From: Macrostomum lignano | Lineage: Eukaryota | Reading direction: 5' to 3' | Assembly: GCA_002269645.1 (NCBI GenBank) | Contig: NIVC01000841.1 | Coordinates: forward strand, 370,946-434,945 | DNA length: 64,000 bases | Shown: positions 40,126-53,096 of the stretch, one piece after another | How positions within the stretch are numbered: the first letter of the stretch is position 1 | How the letters are laid out: each line of letters begins with the position of its first letter | Program-made: the position numbers and the translations under genes | The notes under the pieces: model-generated | What the model saw: only the letters and a program-made list of their open reading frames with translations | Databases searched by the model: none | What the model was told of the DNA's origin: nothing

Positions 40126-43100
40126 ATGGCCCACCGAGTTTCACTAGTTGCGAATTCTTCAAAGTATATTTCTTCGTTTCGTCTTGGTTTTAGGTAAGAC
40201 AGAACAGAACTAGCTTAAGACGAATCGGGTTTGGAATTTTCAAAAAAAAGTTTTATTACAATAAAATGTACTTCCTGCTTTAAAATGTATATTTTCTAGG
40301 CCTCTAAAAACTAGACTTATTGTATAACTAGGCCTATTTTAACAGATTAAGAAGCCTATGCATTTTCATTGCATACCTTATTAAATTTATTAACATTAAT
40401 TACGATTACCTATTTATTTTGATATACAAGTTCACATGACAATAAAATGCAATATTTTTATCACTATTAGGTTCTAAAACATTTTTATCATTGTATATTG
40501 ATGTCAGTGTTGGGCACCATTAATGAAAATCTTAACTTCCGTTAATAGCAAAAGCGTTAGTCTTAGTGTTAAAACAAAAAAACTTAACTTTTTAACTCCT
40601 AATTTCATTAAGTTAACTGAAAGTTAACTGATAATCATTAATAAGCGTTAATCCGTTAATGTTAACACAGAAAATATGGAAATCTTGCACGTTTTTTTCC
40701 AAAACAGAACCCTTCATATTGCACGTCTTTGCTATTCCAACTTTTTAGCGAAACACAGAGGTCATCTAAGCAATTTGAAAGCTAAAAAAGTAATAAATAA
40801 TCATTTTAAAAACTTGCATGCATAATACTACTAAAAGTAAAGCATATGATGATATGGTAAAAAAGTAACTTATTTTATTTGAAACTTAAAAGCTAATAAT
40901 GAGAAATTCATAATTAAATATGCATAGGAAGGTTGTTTCAGTACCATTAGCAGGCGCAGCAGAAAGTTGCCAAAGATTGGGACAGAAGTGAATCAAAGCG
41001 ATCGATGCTCACGTGTAAGAAATAAAGTTTCACACTATTTTAACTCATTATTTTAAAGTTTATTTGTAAGAAGTTGTTAATTACATGTACGTCTATATGA
41101 TCATCGTCATAAATAAAGAGATTATATTTAGGCATATAGGTAAACTCAAATACATTCATAATGTTTAAACTTCTTGTAAGACTTCTATTTTTCGTTCCTT
41201 CTTTGCCTCTTTGGTCATTGACATAGACACTACCGTTAACGATGAATTTATTGTTAATTCACAATTTTTTTAATGCAAATTTGTTAATCTGTTAGTTCAA
41301 AAAAATCTTAACGACAGTCCATTAACATTAATGAAAAATCTTAACGCTTATTAACACTTATTAACAGATTAATGCTTATTAATGGACTGGTGCCCAACAC
41401 TGATTGTTGTTCAAATTTTTGGTTTCATTTTTTAAAATAAATACAAACATTAAGTTAAAAATATTTGCTTTCTCTATCTTACCTTTATAATAGCTGGCTC
41501 TTTTTGTTTTTCAATCTTAAGCATAACTAATAGTCAATAACACAGTCAAATAATTAAATTAATTAATATAGCATATATAATATATAGTAAGATGGACAAA
41601 TAAGATGTTAATGAATTTTGTAATATCTAAAATGCCTTAATATAGCATAAGAGTTATAGTGTGCTTGTGTAAGCATAGAAGTGCTATTTTCTTAGCCATA
41701 TATTTAAGCATATATATATATTGATCTAATATACAATGAGCACAGTATGCACTATTGCATAATAAGTGCAAAGATGCTAATACAATGCTGGGGCACGCAG
41801 GGAAAAGCTAGAGCAAGAGCAAAGGAGAGAGATCAGACATCATAGTCCAGATCATGCTAGGTACATACCTAATCAAAAATTGAATAGCTATAAATGCATT
41901 CCAAAACATTTTTGAGTGCATGCCCACATTCAAAACTAGGGCAATGTTGCAACAATAAATGACCTTTTTTGCATCTTGATAATAAATGACCTTTTTGAAT
42001 TGTATAAAAGATATTTTTGGCTAATAATTTGGTTGGTTGTTTATCTTTCTTGCTTATACTATTTATAAAAAAATGATATATATAAACATTTGTTAAAATG
42101 CCTTAATTATAAGCTTAAAAACTAGAAAGCTTGAAATTTATGCTTAAAATTGAATTTGTTCAATCTTTTTTTCCACTTAACACTCAACCTTCCACGTGAT
42201 TCTATAAAGTGCATGCTAGGCGTGCACATAGAATATTTTTCTTAGGAGTAACACATACCAACCATACATGCGCAACAGTCGGCCGAGTCGGCCGATCCGG
42301 CCGACCGATTTGGCGGCCAACCAAGGAAGTCGCAAAAATGCCCACCCGAAAAAATAATCAAGTAGTAGTACTAAGTAGCTGACGAGGCATTTTGGCTTAA
42401 TAAGACAGTCATAGTTACTCCTGCCGTTTACTCAAAGTTGCGTTAATTTTGCTTTAGGGTTTTTTTTACATGTAAGTCGCATTTTTGGCCAAAAACTACG
42501 TCGCATTTTTGTTAAAACTAAGTCGCATGGCCGACCGAATTTCAGAGGTTGCGCATGTATGATACCAACTATGCATGCTTAACTATTGGCATGCAAGGCC
42601 AATGCATGCCCAAATTTTGGGCATATGCCCAAGGACATGATGTAGAGTATAGATCAGACAATACACTATATCTCTCCTCAACCAAAAAAGTATAAGGCTT
42701 ACAAGTCTGGAATTTGATAATTTTGCAAATTCAATTGAATAAAAATTGGAACAGTTGAGTCTATTAGCATTTGACATTTGTATATGCTTGTAATTTGCCT
42801 AATTAGTAGAACATAGCTGTGTTGCTGTGGCCTTGTTGCCATACAGCCAGTGGACTTCCCAAAGCCCATTGCACAGCTTTGGTCACTTGCTAATAGAATG
42901 CTAATTGAAAGTAGTGATGGGCTATCTGGTTACTAGCTTCCAGTTGCTCTCTGATGGCTGCTGAATGTCTACCTCCCCTGCTGTCTGCCACTTGCTTTTG
43001 TCCAGCTAGGAGCCTCTTGCATGCGCCATTGCCCCAGATGTCCTGGTATAAGCATCTCTTTGACAGAGCTGCCTGCGCCTATTGAGCCAAGCAAAGTCAC

Positions 43101-44449
43101 TAGAATTTCTGCTGCAACTGGTCAATGGCCTTCCTCCTATTTAATTAACCCTGGTGGGCCCAATTGATAGTCTGCTGCTGAGTTGCTATGGGTAGCACAA
43201 TCCTGCTGTCCCGAGCAGCAAGCTGTATACATGCCTTATTGGAAAAATAGACTAATCAAGATTTGAGCTATTACAAATCTATATTTAGTGAATGTTTAAG
43301 CATCATTAGGCCTACTTGCATGTTTATAGTTATTGGGTAGATATTAATGGATAAGTATTAAATTAACTTTTTATATATGCAACATACAAGTATATATACT
43401 TTAGCTCAGTAAACAGTTAGAAAAGAATATTATTAGATTTGGAGTTTTTTCTCCATAAAAAATTAATTGTGTTGCTTTATTTAATTGTACAAGTTCCCTG
43501 TTACTGAATGAAACTATAGAGAGTGTTGCCAAGTCTAACAATTAAAGCACTGATTAAAACTATAAACAGGCTGTGCAGCACAGCTAGTGGAGGCGCTAAA
43601 AACTACACCAGCATAGACAAAGAAGATGTAGCTAAAGAGGCTGAGTACAAGCAGCATCAGGCGGATCGCAAGCTGACAACTCCGCGTAATCTCACGGATG
43701 AAGAGAAATTCGCCTCGTCCAACATGCGCCTGATCAAATATCGGATCCGGGATGCGGAGGTTGACAAAGCCGCCCCTGGCTTAGTTGAACGGCGAGTCGA
43801 ACCCGGGACCACAGTGACAGTGCCAGCTAAGGATGACGTCACGGCTTTGTCGGGTGTGCCTGAGGAGCATATTAAAACTCGGCATGTTAGAATTTATTGC
43901 CCCACTAGGTGAGTAACAAAGGTGCTTCTTTTTCTTTAAACCACCCAAAAAATCGCCCCTAACCCACCCTCAAAATCGCCCTGAACCACCTCGAAAATCG
44001 CCCCTAAACCACCCTTAAAATCGCCCCTAACCCACCCCAAAATCGCCCCTAAACCACCCTTAAAATCGCCCCTAACCCACCCCAAAATTGCCCCTAACCC
44101 ACCCCAAAAATCGCCCCTAAACAACCCTAAAGAATCGCCCCTAACCCACCACAAAACCGGTCTCGAACCCAGGTCCGTCACCCAGTCCGGTTCGCACGGC
44201 ACCAAGAATTGGCGCATCGAATTCGACAACCGGGAACGCTGGGAGAACCCGCTAATGGGCTGGACCAGCTCAGCCGATCCGTTATCCACAATGGCCATCA
44301 GCTTCGCCAGCTCCGAGGAGGCCGCAGAGTTCTGCAGCAAAAACGGCTGGGCCTATCATATTGAGGAGAGGCGGGTGCCGCCGCTTCGGCCGAAATCTTA
44401 TGGAGCGAACTTCAGCTGGGACAAGCGGACTCGCAGATCTACTAAGTGA
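40126..44449 (+). CDS. NDUFS4: NADH:ubiquinone oxidoreductase subunit S4 (complex I 18-kDa), about 227 aa (exons 40126-40193, 43570-43908, 44173-44449)
   Basis: Transit-peptide-like [26 protein letters not shown]; [15 protein letters not shown]; [29 protein letters not shown]; [17 protein letters not shown]; both introns phase 2 GT-AG. Confidence 0.95.
40505..41402. mobile_element. Non-autonomous hAT-type DNA transposon, TIR CAGTGTTGGGCACC, 8-bp TSD
   Basis: CAGTGTTGGGCACC at 40505 and GGTGCCCAACACTG ending 41402; flanks ATTGATGT / ATTGTTGT (7/8); TTAAC/GTTAA-rich subterminal repeats. Confidence 0.85.
42263..42561. mobile_element. hAT-type MITE, TIR CATACATGCGCAAC, perfect 8-bp TSD ATACCAAC
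   Basis: TSD at 42255-42262 and 42562-42569; internal GGCCGA and GTCGCA repeats. Confidence 0.88.
43940..44150. repeat. Degenerate tandem repeat (AAAATCGCCCCTAACCCACCC) filling NDUFS4 intron 2
   Basis: About 9 units. Confidence 0.85.
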
Positions 44450-44879
44450 AGAAAAACTGTCTATTATTCAACTGTTTACTGCTATATATGTATATTGGAC
44501 TAATTTCGGAAGGAATGTGTAGCATCTAGCTTGAGTCTTGTAATAATAATAATAATAATAATAATAACAGAATTTTCTGTTTTTCCCCCTAGTTGCTTCA
44601 AAATCCTCGTTCAAATTACATAAACTTTGGAAAGTTTAATTTTTCAAAACGCAACTTTACGGAATGCTCTGAGAAAGATGTTTTATTTGCGTTTGAAATA
44701 AACAAAAGTGGAAGGTTTTAAATAAAAACTTGATAAATAGTCCACATTTGAGCTCCTAAATCATTGCCAAATTCTGTATAGTTTTATTTTTTCTTGTACG
44801 TTGATAAATTTGGCTAGCATTAAAGCTACTACTCGTAATAGTAGGCTATTTCACAGAAGTAATAAATATTTCAAAGTAT

Positions 44880-45145
44880 TACGAGCGTAAGAGTCGGTGG
44901 GATTTCGATTTGGTCAGAAGTCATTTATACGAGCTAATTGCTATCAGGGCTTCATTCGCAAACAATTAACGCTGCAAAGTTAAGCAAAGCTGGTTGTGGT
45001 TAGTCCAGCACAGAGAGTGTACATGTCTGACTGATCAGAAAGTCAGGGCCGCTGTACACCCTGTGTGAGCGTGTGCATGAGTGCTGTGCCTGCGTTGACG
45101 CGCTTGCATGTGCTCAGGAGTCAGCGAAGTGAGCAGACTTGCTTC
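44880..45145 (+). mobile_element. SINE copy abutting the left end of the Maverick-like region
   Basis: CACAGAGAGTGTACATG..CCCTGTGTGAGCGTGTGCATGAGTG..GCTCAGG. Confidence 0.65.
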
Positions 45146-45149
45146 AGCG

Positions 45150-45611
45150 CTGGTTGCTGCTGGGCGATGTCGCCGAAGGCGTTCGTCAAAGTGCTCGCAG
45201 CCCTCTTCAGAATATTATATCAAATATTACTCAATCAAAACAGTTATCCACTGAGTGGAGCAGGCGCATCGCCACCGGGGGGACAGGGGGGACATGGCAA
45301 TGCTTTGTCCACGACGACGACAAAGCACGACGCGGTTTTCTGCGTGTTGACCACCAGGCTTTGGTTCAGGGACATATTGTTCAGGGTCAAATGTACACGA
45401 ACGAAAATTTACAAGGTACGGCAATTCAAACAGTTCAGGATCCGGATAGTGGCCAAACCAGTCTACGCGAATCGGCTTCGGATCTTGAAAAAACTCTTGC
45501 CTCAATAGGTTTTTCACAAGTGTGGTCTTGCCGCTTTGAGCCACCCCAGCAAAAATTGCCGACGTGTTGGGGGGAAAATTTTAAAGAGTCGGGGTCTATT
45601 GTTTGATACAT
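45150..45611 (-). pseudogene. Maverick module A: A32/FtsK-like genome-packaging ATPase, frameshifted and truncated
   Basis: MYQTIDPDSLKFSPQHVG.. then, after a frameshift, Walker A ..AQSGKTTLVKNLL; position matches the ATPase of module B. Confidence 0.7.
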
Positions 45612-45640
45612 TTTGATAGGCCGCCCAATCATGCATATAT

Positions 45641-46092
45641 TTATGGATGATGCTGCTTTATTTGTAGACAGTGATTCTGCACCATCAAGTCGTTCTCATA
45701 AAGATTTTTGCTATAAAACAATCGCGCAATATTTTTTTAATAGACAGACCCTCCAAAAAGTGTTTTTCAGCCACAAATATTACATGAGCCCCGCAGGTCA
45801 CACTTAGCGGATGTTATACAGGATGCCGGTTCATGGCCACCTCCACAGGGACATACTTTGCGATCCACAACTTTAATAAATCTGGCACAGGATCGATACA
45901 CAAGGGGTCAAAAAATGTCACGCTCTCATCGGCATGAAGACAAATTAAAGCCCAGTGAGTGCCTGGTAGATTGCCAGTGTCAAAGTTAATCACGTATGCA
46001 GCAGGATAAACAGGCTGCGGAATCCTGTCAACCGGTATAACTCGAACAGGGACAGGTAGTATTAGACGTTCTAATATATCTAGACTATTCAT
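45641..46092 (-). pseudogene. Maverick module A: adenain-like cysteine protease with a premature stop
   Basis: YVINFDTGNLPGTHWALI (His), FFDPL (Asp), then HPV*HPLSVTCG where TAA replaces the conserved Gln before the catalytic Cys. Confidence 0.88.
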
Positions 46093-46143
46093 ATCGGCAT
46101 GAATATAGCCGTTATTATAGAGAATAAAAAAAGATGTTTGTTT

Positions 46144-47682
46144 CTACACGTAGTCTAGAATAACCTGACGACCGCGAGTGATTTGCACAGTATTGTCAAA
46201 GTAGCCAAACACCAACACGTTGATTCCTGCGGCCAAGGCAGCAGAAAACTTTATTTGTAGCGTCAGATTCCCTCGCTCGCGAGGCATGCTATGCCCACCC
46301 AGCTCCATGTCGGGCATGAGATTCCAGGCGAAGAAGCAGTAGCCAGCTCCATAGTCGGAATATGATATGTCAATATCCAGGTCCCGATTCATCTTTCCTA
46401 GACTTTTTAGTAGCATGGCATACTCGCGAGCATAGTTATGAACACCGAATCGAGGAGTAAACGGTTGTCAACACAGGCTGACCCATTCCTTATACAGAGC
46501 CACACTGTCGGCTCCAAATGGTTCAAAATTAAACGGGTTATGTGTAGCCACACCATCGTAAGCACCGCTGTTCACCATACCAACAACCACAAGTTTAGGC
46601 TTTTGTTCAGGAAATATATTGTTGATTGACACGTCTCGAACACCGCCGGCCACTGAAGCATTGTGCACAACAATCGGATAGACTGCATTCTGTTTGCCTA
46701 GTTGTTCTTCAATCTCCAAAGCCAATTAGGGGTTTGCCTTGACGCGGCGCACATGTAGCTTGGCACTGCTTGGCACTGCGAGTACCAGCCGCGCCTCAAC
46801 CCCGTTGGCATGGTTTTCCGGAATTGTGCATAGTTAGCGTAATTATCATATCCGTGTATGGCAGCAGCGTTCGGTCGGATCGTTGGTGACAAAAAAGTCT
46901 AAACTAAGAGGTCCATAAAGGTGAAAGGTGCGTGAGTTTGCCGCCATCGCCTTGCGAGCTACAAAGCCAGGATTTCCAACCACAGCCATTTGACCTCCAG
47001 CGTCCTTTGCGTAGCCCATCATTCTCAGTTGGTTGGTTTTTGAATCGTGACCGGAATTCAGGCACGTGCGAATATAGGCCTTGTAAACGTGATTGTTATT
47101 GCTCGACTCTACGTGGGTCCTGTTGATGGTCAACGTGACATTTTTAAACGAAAACGTAATTGGCGTATTTTTTTAAGGACGTAATTGACCGGCGCAACAT
47201 TCGAATCAGCAGCAAGATTTGTGCCATTAGCCCTCCTAACGCGGGCCTTAATCTCGAGGTCAATGTCGTTAAGATCGATAAGCGTCTCACCGCCAACAAT
47301 CCTAAATTCGACCACGCTGGCATTTTCAACACTGGCAACAGGGTGAACTTCTTCAGTGGTAGTGCTACGAGGGGTGTCCCAAAAGTTCCCGGAATGTCTA
47401 ACGTAACTCTTCAACAGAGCCATGAAATTTCACGCCCATGGTGTCAAATGAAAGGAAATTTTGTCACAAAGAATACAAAGTTAAAATCATGTTGATATCT
47501 TTTTTTATTCAAGAGCTACAGCAAGAAACTTGCGCAAAGGTCAGGGGTAGTGTTACACAACCTCAACAATCTATGACAATAATTTTTTCATCTCCATTTT
47601 TGGAGTTTTTAATTGCAGCAATTTGGTGTGCACGAGGAGCAAATAGCTCGAATTCCGACTTTTTACACAGACACTCAGTCAT
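46144..47682 (-). pseudogene. Maverick module A: double-jelly-roll major capsid protein, several frameshifts
   Basis: CLCKKSEFELF (47682-47563); EVHPVASV..VVEF..IDLNDIDLEIKARV..VAPVNY; NHVYKAYIRTCLNSG; KPKLVVVGMVNSGAYDG..NPFNF; GYCFFAWNLMPD..GNLTLQIKF..FDNTVQI..RQVILDY*; follows the Polinton/Maverick MCP pattern. Confidence 0.9.
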
Positions 47683-47724
47683 TTTTTTTCAACAGCGGCT
47701 TAGTGTGGTGCTCTAATAGTCAGA

Positions 47725-48060
47725 TCATAATATCAGAATGCTGCACTCTTTTTCTCGTTTTTTGTTAGTCTTCTTTCTACGCCTCTGACCACCGCCGCTA
47801 CCTCGTTGTGCGACTGTGTCTTTGAAAGCATCTTTAGCTGCCTGGACAGAGTTGCGCAATGCTGCTTCTTTCAAGTTCCCGTCTTGATCGAGTGTGTCGC
47901 TAACTGTTTTAGCTAGGGCTCGTGTTCCGTGGCGAAGAATATTTGTGCCAAAACTCTTTAAAATTGGCAGGGCAAATCGGGCAATGCTGCCAAACAGGCC
48001 GTTGCCGCGCTGTGCACCGGAAAATACCGGTAAAGCTCCTCCGATCAAGGTTGAAGGCAT
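47725..48060 (-). CDS. Maverick module A: small basic virion core/cement-like protein
   Basis: MPSTLIGGALPVFSGAQRGNGLFGSIARFALPILKSFG..; G-rich amphipathic N-terminus, K/R-rich tail; lies between penton and MCP. Confidence 0.75.
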   Translation of the reverse strand: MPSTLIGGALPVFSGAQRGNGLFGSIARFALPILKSFGTNILRHGTRALAKTVSDTLDQDGNLKEAALRNSVQAAKDAFKDTVAQRGSGGGQRRRKKTNKKREKECSILIL

Positions 48061-48105
48061 ATTGAAAATTAGCTGCTGACTTTTTATTCGTGAAAACTTC
48101 TTTAT

Positions 48106-49246
48106 TTATAGCTTAATTTCACGAATGTTGATGGATAAAACAGTTTTACCTCGAAGAATCCGATCCATTAACTTGCCCATATCGTCACAGATTTGCACCT
48201 CAATGGTTTTGAATGGGTGTTTCACCAACGGTAAGTAGGATGGATTGACAAACTCGTAGTACTCTCGTTCGCCGTATACCTTTTCATTCAAAGGAATTGC
48301 CCTAAGCAGGGGGACTTTGACGTCTCCAACAATGGCAGAGTCGACAATATTTGAATAGATGTACATAGTTTGTATACCATTTGTTAAATCGATTGGTCGT
48401 TTAGCTGTCTTTGGAGTTTCATTAGAAACATCTTCACGAAAGCCGAGAATGGCAGCAAGCTCTCCATGGGTTTCAATGGGTTTGTACTCACACCGGTTCA
48501 GAAAAAGGTTGTAGCTGAATGCATCCACTCTCGTCGCTGGACTTATTGGGAGCTTTGAAACGACGCTCCAGAGCGCTCCATTAACATAATTTAAGAGCTC
48601 ACCGGGCGTGCGGTAGAATCCTTTAGCAATCCGCAGTGACGTTCTAGAAGGCCAGACACTCTTTTCCAATGTAAGAGTCATGGGACTCTCTATGGAGGCT
48701 TCCAATTCTATAGCGAATACTAATTAACGAATTTCTTGGGTTTACTAAAAAACTTGTTACTTCGATATTTGATTTATTTCCAGCGTCATCAACCTTTTTA
48801 AACATGCTACGCACATTACTGGACAGCCTAATTTTCACACCATACCATGATTTATTCACAATCGAAATTTGACCTTCCTGTGAACGCTCTATGCAAATCA
48901 TTGCATTATCGTCTTGCGCATATTTTAGAGCGGCGATGATTGCATCAACCACTTCGTTAGCTGTGGATAGGCCCGCGGGGAGACAAACCGACGCAAACTG
49001 CTTATACGTGGAGGCGGGTTTTTCTTTAACCTTGATGTCAATCACTTCATCCTCGGGAGCGTTGGTCAGGACATCAACAATTCGATTATCGGGGACGGTT
49101 TTGAATTCTTTACAAAAGTAGATCCGTTCGATGCAGACTACATGATTTGGAAAGTGGAGGGTGTTGGGCAAATTAATGCTATAATGAGCCGAATTATTCT
49201 CAAGATAGTGCTCAACGCACGCATTGCTAGGTAGGAATAGATGCAT
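48106..49246 (-). pseudogene. Maverick module A: penton/minor capsid protein, one frameshift near 48.7 kb
   Basis: N-terminus MHLFLPSNAC..YLENNSAHYSINLPNTLHF; C-terminus DLTNGIQTMYIYSNIVDSAIVGDVKVPLLRAI..YLPL..TIEVQICDDMG..GKTVLSINIR. Confidence 0.88.
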
Positions 49247-52062
49247 TGTAATATACCACACGTTTCGGTTGTATGTGTGTGTGTGTGTGTGTGTGTATGC
49301 TTATCCTTGTCTTATGTTTATAACTTCCTCAGCTGGTACAAATGCATTGAACGACTCGGGATAGCCGCGCCAACTAACGAAATGATGAGCGACGCCATTG
49401 ATGACAACATTGCGTCTGTTGTCATCTGTCTGTGTATTGGCTATCTTATACCGATTTGAACTGTACTGCTTTGTGCGTTTGGCTGCTCAATTCTAGCTTA
49501 CCATTTTAGACCCTCCCCCTTCAGTGAGCTGATCAATTTCTATTTATACGAACAGTACTTCTTCGCAATGTACATCGTTCGTCCTAACTACATGTACTCA
49601 GTTCTATAATACAATATAAAGGACCAACGCGTCAGTCAAGAAACGCTGTTTACAACTTGCGGCTCAAGCCAATTCAATCGCTTCGTCCTGATCACAATGG
49701 CGTCGAGGACTTTTGGCCAAATTCCAGAACTTTCTGCTGAATCAGACCTTGAAATCTACGCTGAGCGCATGAACCAATATTTCATATGCAATAAAGTTGA
49801 GACTGCCGAGGCCAAGCGTGCTATCTTTCTTACTGCCATTGGTGAGAAGTACTACAAATTGCTTCGCGACTTGTGTCAGCCACAGAAACTGACTGAAAAA
49901 TCCTACGAAGAGCTGCAGGACATACTAAAGAAGCATTGCTCGCCCGAACCTTCGGAGATCGCCGCTCGTTTCAAATTTCAGCAACGTCTTCAGCAAGATG
50001 GTGAATCTTTCGCTAACTTCTTGGCAGGACTGAAAAACGCTGCAAACCATTGCAAGTTTGGCGAATCCCTTCAGGAGCGGCTTCGAGATCAGTTTTTGTT
50101 CGGAATGAGAAGCGACACTTTCCGCTCTAAGCTACTCTAGAGTTCGGATCATTCGTACGCTGGGCTGATCAAACTGTCCTTGGACTTCGAAGCTGCTCAC
50201 AAATCGTCAAGCGAGATGGCGCACACTTCAGCAACCAATCGAGTCAGCGCGAATCCATCAGTGGCGCGCCCGAGAACACAGTACAACATCAGCCAACACT
50301 CTGGTCCCGCTGGATCAGAGTGTTACCGACCTGGTTACCGACAACTATAGAGATCCACACTCGCGTCAGAACTGTAAATTCCGTAACTCGAAATGCCATG
50401 CTTGCGGGAAGGTTGGCCACATTAAGAAAGTTTGCAGGTCAGCAAAATCTGTGAAACTCCTGGAGGAGAATGAAACCGGGTCTCAGTACGACGAAGAAAA
50501 CTACGAGGAAGAGCCAATATTTCATGTCTCAATGACTTCCAAGTCCCCGATTCTGGTGCCTCTGCAAATCGAGGAAGTGCAATCTCATTTTGAGCTGGAC
50601 ACAAGATCTGCTGTAAGTCTCGTTCCTAAGGCATTCTATGATAGCCATCTGTCTCATCTGCGACTGCATCCGTCCAAGACGACTCTGCGAACCTACACGG
50701 ACCAGGAGTTCTCTCCGATTGGAGAAGTAACAGTGAAGGTCACTTACGAAGGGCAGGAAGCTTCTCTGCCGCTACTGGTGGTGTCTGAAGGCAGCGCTCG
50801 ACTCCTGGGACGCAACTGGCTAACCGTCATCCGCCTAGACTGGCCTCGCTTGACAGCACCCATCAACTCGTTGATCGCAGCACCTAACGATATGGCCACT
50901 GAGTTTGTCCATCAGTTTCCGGATGTCTTCGCCGAGGGTCTCGGTTAGTATCCCCTCAGTGAAGTCGATCTTTATTTACAAGAAAATGCTACGCCAAGGT
51001 TTTACAAGGCGCGACCGATTCCCTATGCTTTGCGTGAGACCGTCGATTTAGAGCTTCAGCGCATGGAATCAGAAGGGGTCATTACTCCAATAGCGACATC
51101 TCGATGGGCTGCCCCGATTGTGCCAGTAGTAAAGAAGGACGGTTCTGTACGAATCTGCGGAGATTACAAGCGCACATTCAACCAGGTCGCAAAGCAAGAG
51201 CACTACCCACTGCCGAGGATCGAAGATTTATTTGCAAGACTGGGTGGCGGCCACAAATGGAGCAAACTCGACCTGGCAAAGGCATTTCTGCAGCTCCCAA
51301 TATCAGAAGACAGCAAACAGTACCTCGTTATCAACACTCAACGTGGATTGTTCAAGGTGAACCGCCTGCCATTCGGCATCTGCTCGGCCAGTGCAATTTT
51401 TTAACGCATCCTTGACAGTCTACTCGGGCACCTCAACGGCGTCCAGGTTTATCAGGACGACATCCTGGTTACCGGGTCTTCACTGGCGGCTCACAAAGAA
51501 AATCTGCTGCAAGTCCTGCACAAGCTTCAAGATCCGGACTGCGTCTCAACGTCGCCAAGTGTGCTTTCTTCCAAGACTCCATCGACTATCTGGGCCACCG
51601 AATTGACCAACACGGGCTGCGGCCGCTCGAGAGCAAGGTCGAAGCCGTTCAGAACGCGCCTGCTCCGAAAGACGTGTCTCAGCTGCGATCCTATTTGGAA
51701 TGCTGACGCATTACGCCAAGTTTCTTCCCAACCTGGCATCAGTCGTGGCGCCGCTTAATCAGCTCTTGTCGAAGGGCGTCAGCTGGCTTTGGGGCGACCG
51801 CGAGAACGAAGCCTTCCAAGCATCGAAGCGAATGCTGCTCGAATCAAAAGCTCTGATGCACTTTGATCCAAATCTGCCGATTCGTCTCGAGTGCGACGCT
51901 TCCGCGTACGGCATTGGCGTGGTTCTCAGTCACCGGGTGGGCGGTCAGGATCATGCGATCGCATTTGCTAGTAAGTCGCTGACTTCAGCCCAGCGAAACT
52001 ATTCTCAGCTGGATAAAGAGGCACTAGCCATAATCTACGGTGTCCAACGCTTCCAACGGTAT
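49247..52062 (+). mobile_element. Ty3/Gypsy (Mag-like) LTR retrotransposon, 3'-truncated: 5' LTR about 49247-49696, PBS, gag, protease, RT, partial RNase H; no integrase or 3' LTR
   Basis: LTR TG..CA then PBS-like TGGCGTCGAGGA; gag 49697-50430 with CHACGKVGHIKKVC knuckle; LDTRSAVS protease; WAAPIVPVVKKDGSVRICGDY, LDLAKAFLQL, LPFG, YQDDIL; LECDASAYGIG, YSQLDKEALAI; stops and frameshifts present. Confidence 0.93.
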
Positions 52063-52273
52063 GCAGCTCTCAATGTGTTTTTGTGCAATAATGATGAATT
52101 CGCGACCTTCGTTGTCAGTACGCACACCCTTGACGATCAAAATAGGGATTGCATTGGCTAAGTAGAGAGGTCCCTGTTCGTCATATTCAATGTCAAACGT
52201 TTCAATCCCGACCACGCGGTTTGAGTGCCAGCTGCTCTCGCTTGACGCAGTTGAAGTCTTGCACTGCCTCCAT
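52063..52273 (-). pseudogene. Truncated unknown ORF downstream of a TATA box, probably Maverick-derived
   Basis: TATAAAAG at 52337-52330; ATG at 52273 (MEAVQDFNCVKREQLALKP, frameshift, VVGIETFDIEYDEQGPLYLANAIPILIVKGV..); cut at the Gypsy junction. Confidence 0.4.
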
Positions 52274-53096
52274 GGCTCTTGATTTTAGAAAAAGTTGCAG
52301 TTACGGGCGCTTGATGCTCCGGGCTGGTGCTTTTATACCCGAGAGACTCAATAAGTTTTTTTGTTTTAATTACACGATAACGAGCTTTTTACGGAGTTGT
52401 CGTTATCGGGGATTCCGGAAAAAATGAACCTTTTGTTCCTATTTTCGGGTGCTGGCGTTGGAGGCGTGTTGAAATCCTTGCTCCAAGTTGTTGGCAGTTC
52501 AAGCTTGACGTGTCGTTACCTTGATGACGTGTCTGGCTACAAAGTTAGCATTGTGTCTCGACCGGGTTGTTGCGTAACACTGCTGGTAGCTATAGCGGAG
52601 CGCGTAGGGCAGAGGGGTGGACAGCAGCGATTTACAGCGGCTGACTGACTCATGTCTCCTCCGCGGGGCCGCCAATTAATTGCGAGGGGCGACTGAATAT
52701 GAAGATTTTCTTGGATGGGTGGGCGCTAATTCTGCGCGTACACCAATTTTGAATATATATGGCCAGTTAATATGGACAGCTAATAATATGGACAGTTATG
52801 GGTAGGTGGGCGCGCTAATTCTGCGTACAACTATGCTGCATTGAAACTTGGGGGCTGGGCGCGTCCGCGCTTCTGCGTACAACAACAGCTACAGTGGAGT
52901 AGGCCGAGCGCTAATTATGCGTACTATATTGTACTGATCGCTTCTGTACGACACAATGTACAAATGGGAATGTACACTGATTACATGTATAATTAGATTT
53001 ACATGAGAGTTACATGTATAAATATCTCACATAATGACTTACATGAATCATAATGAAGGTCTGGATCAATTAGAAGAGGTCTAATGCATTTACGAG

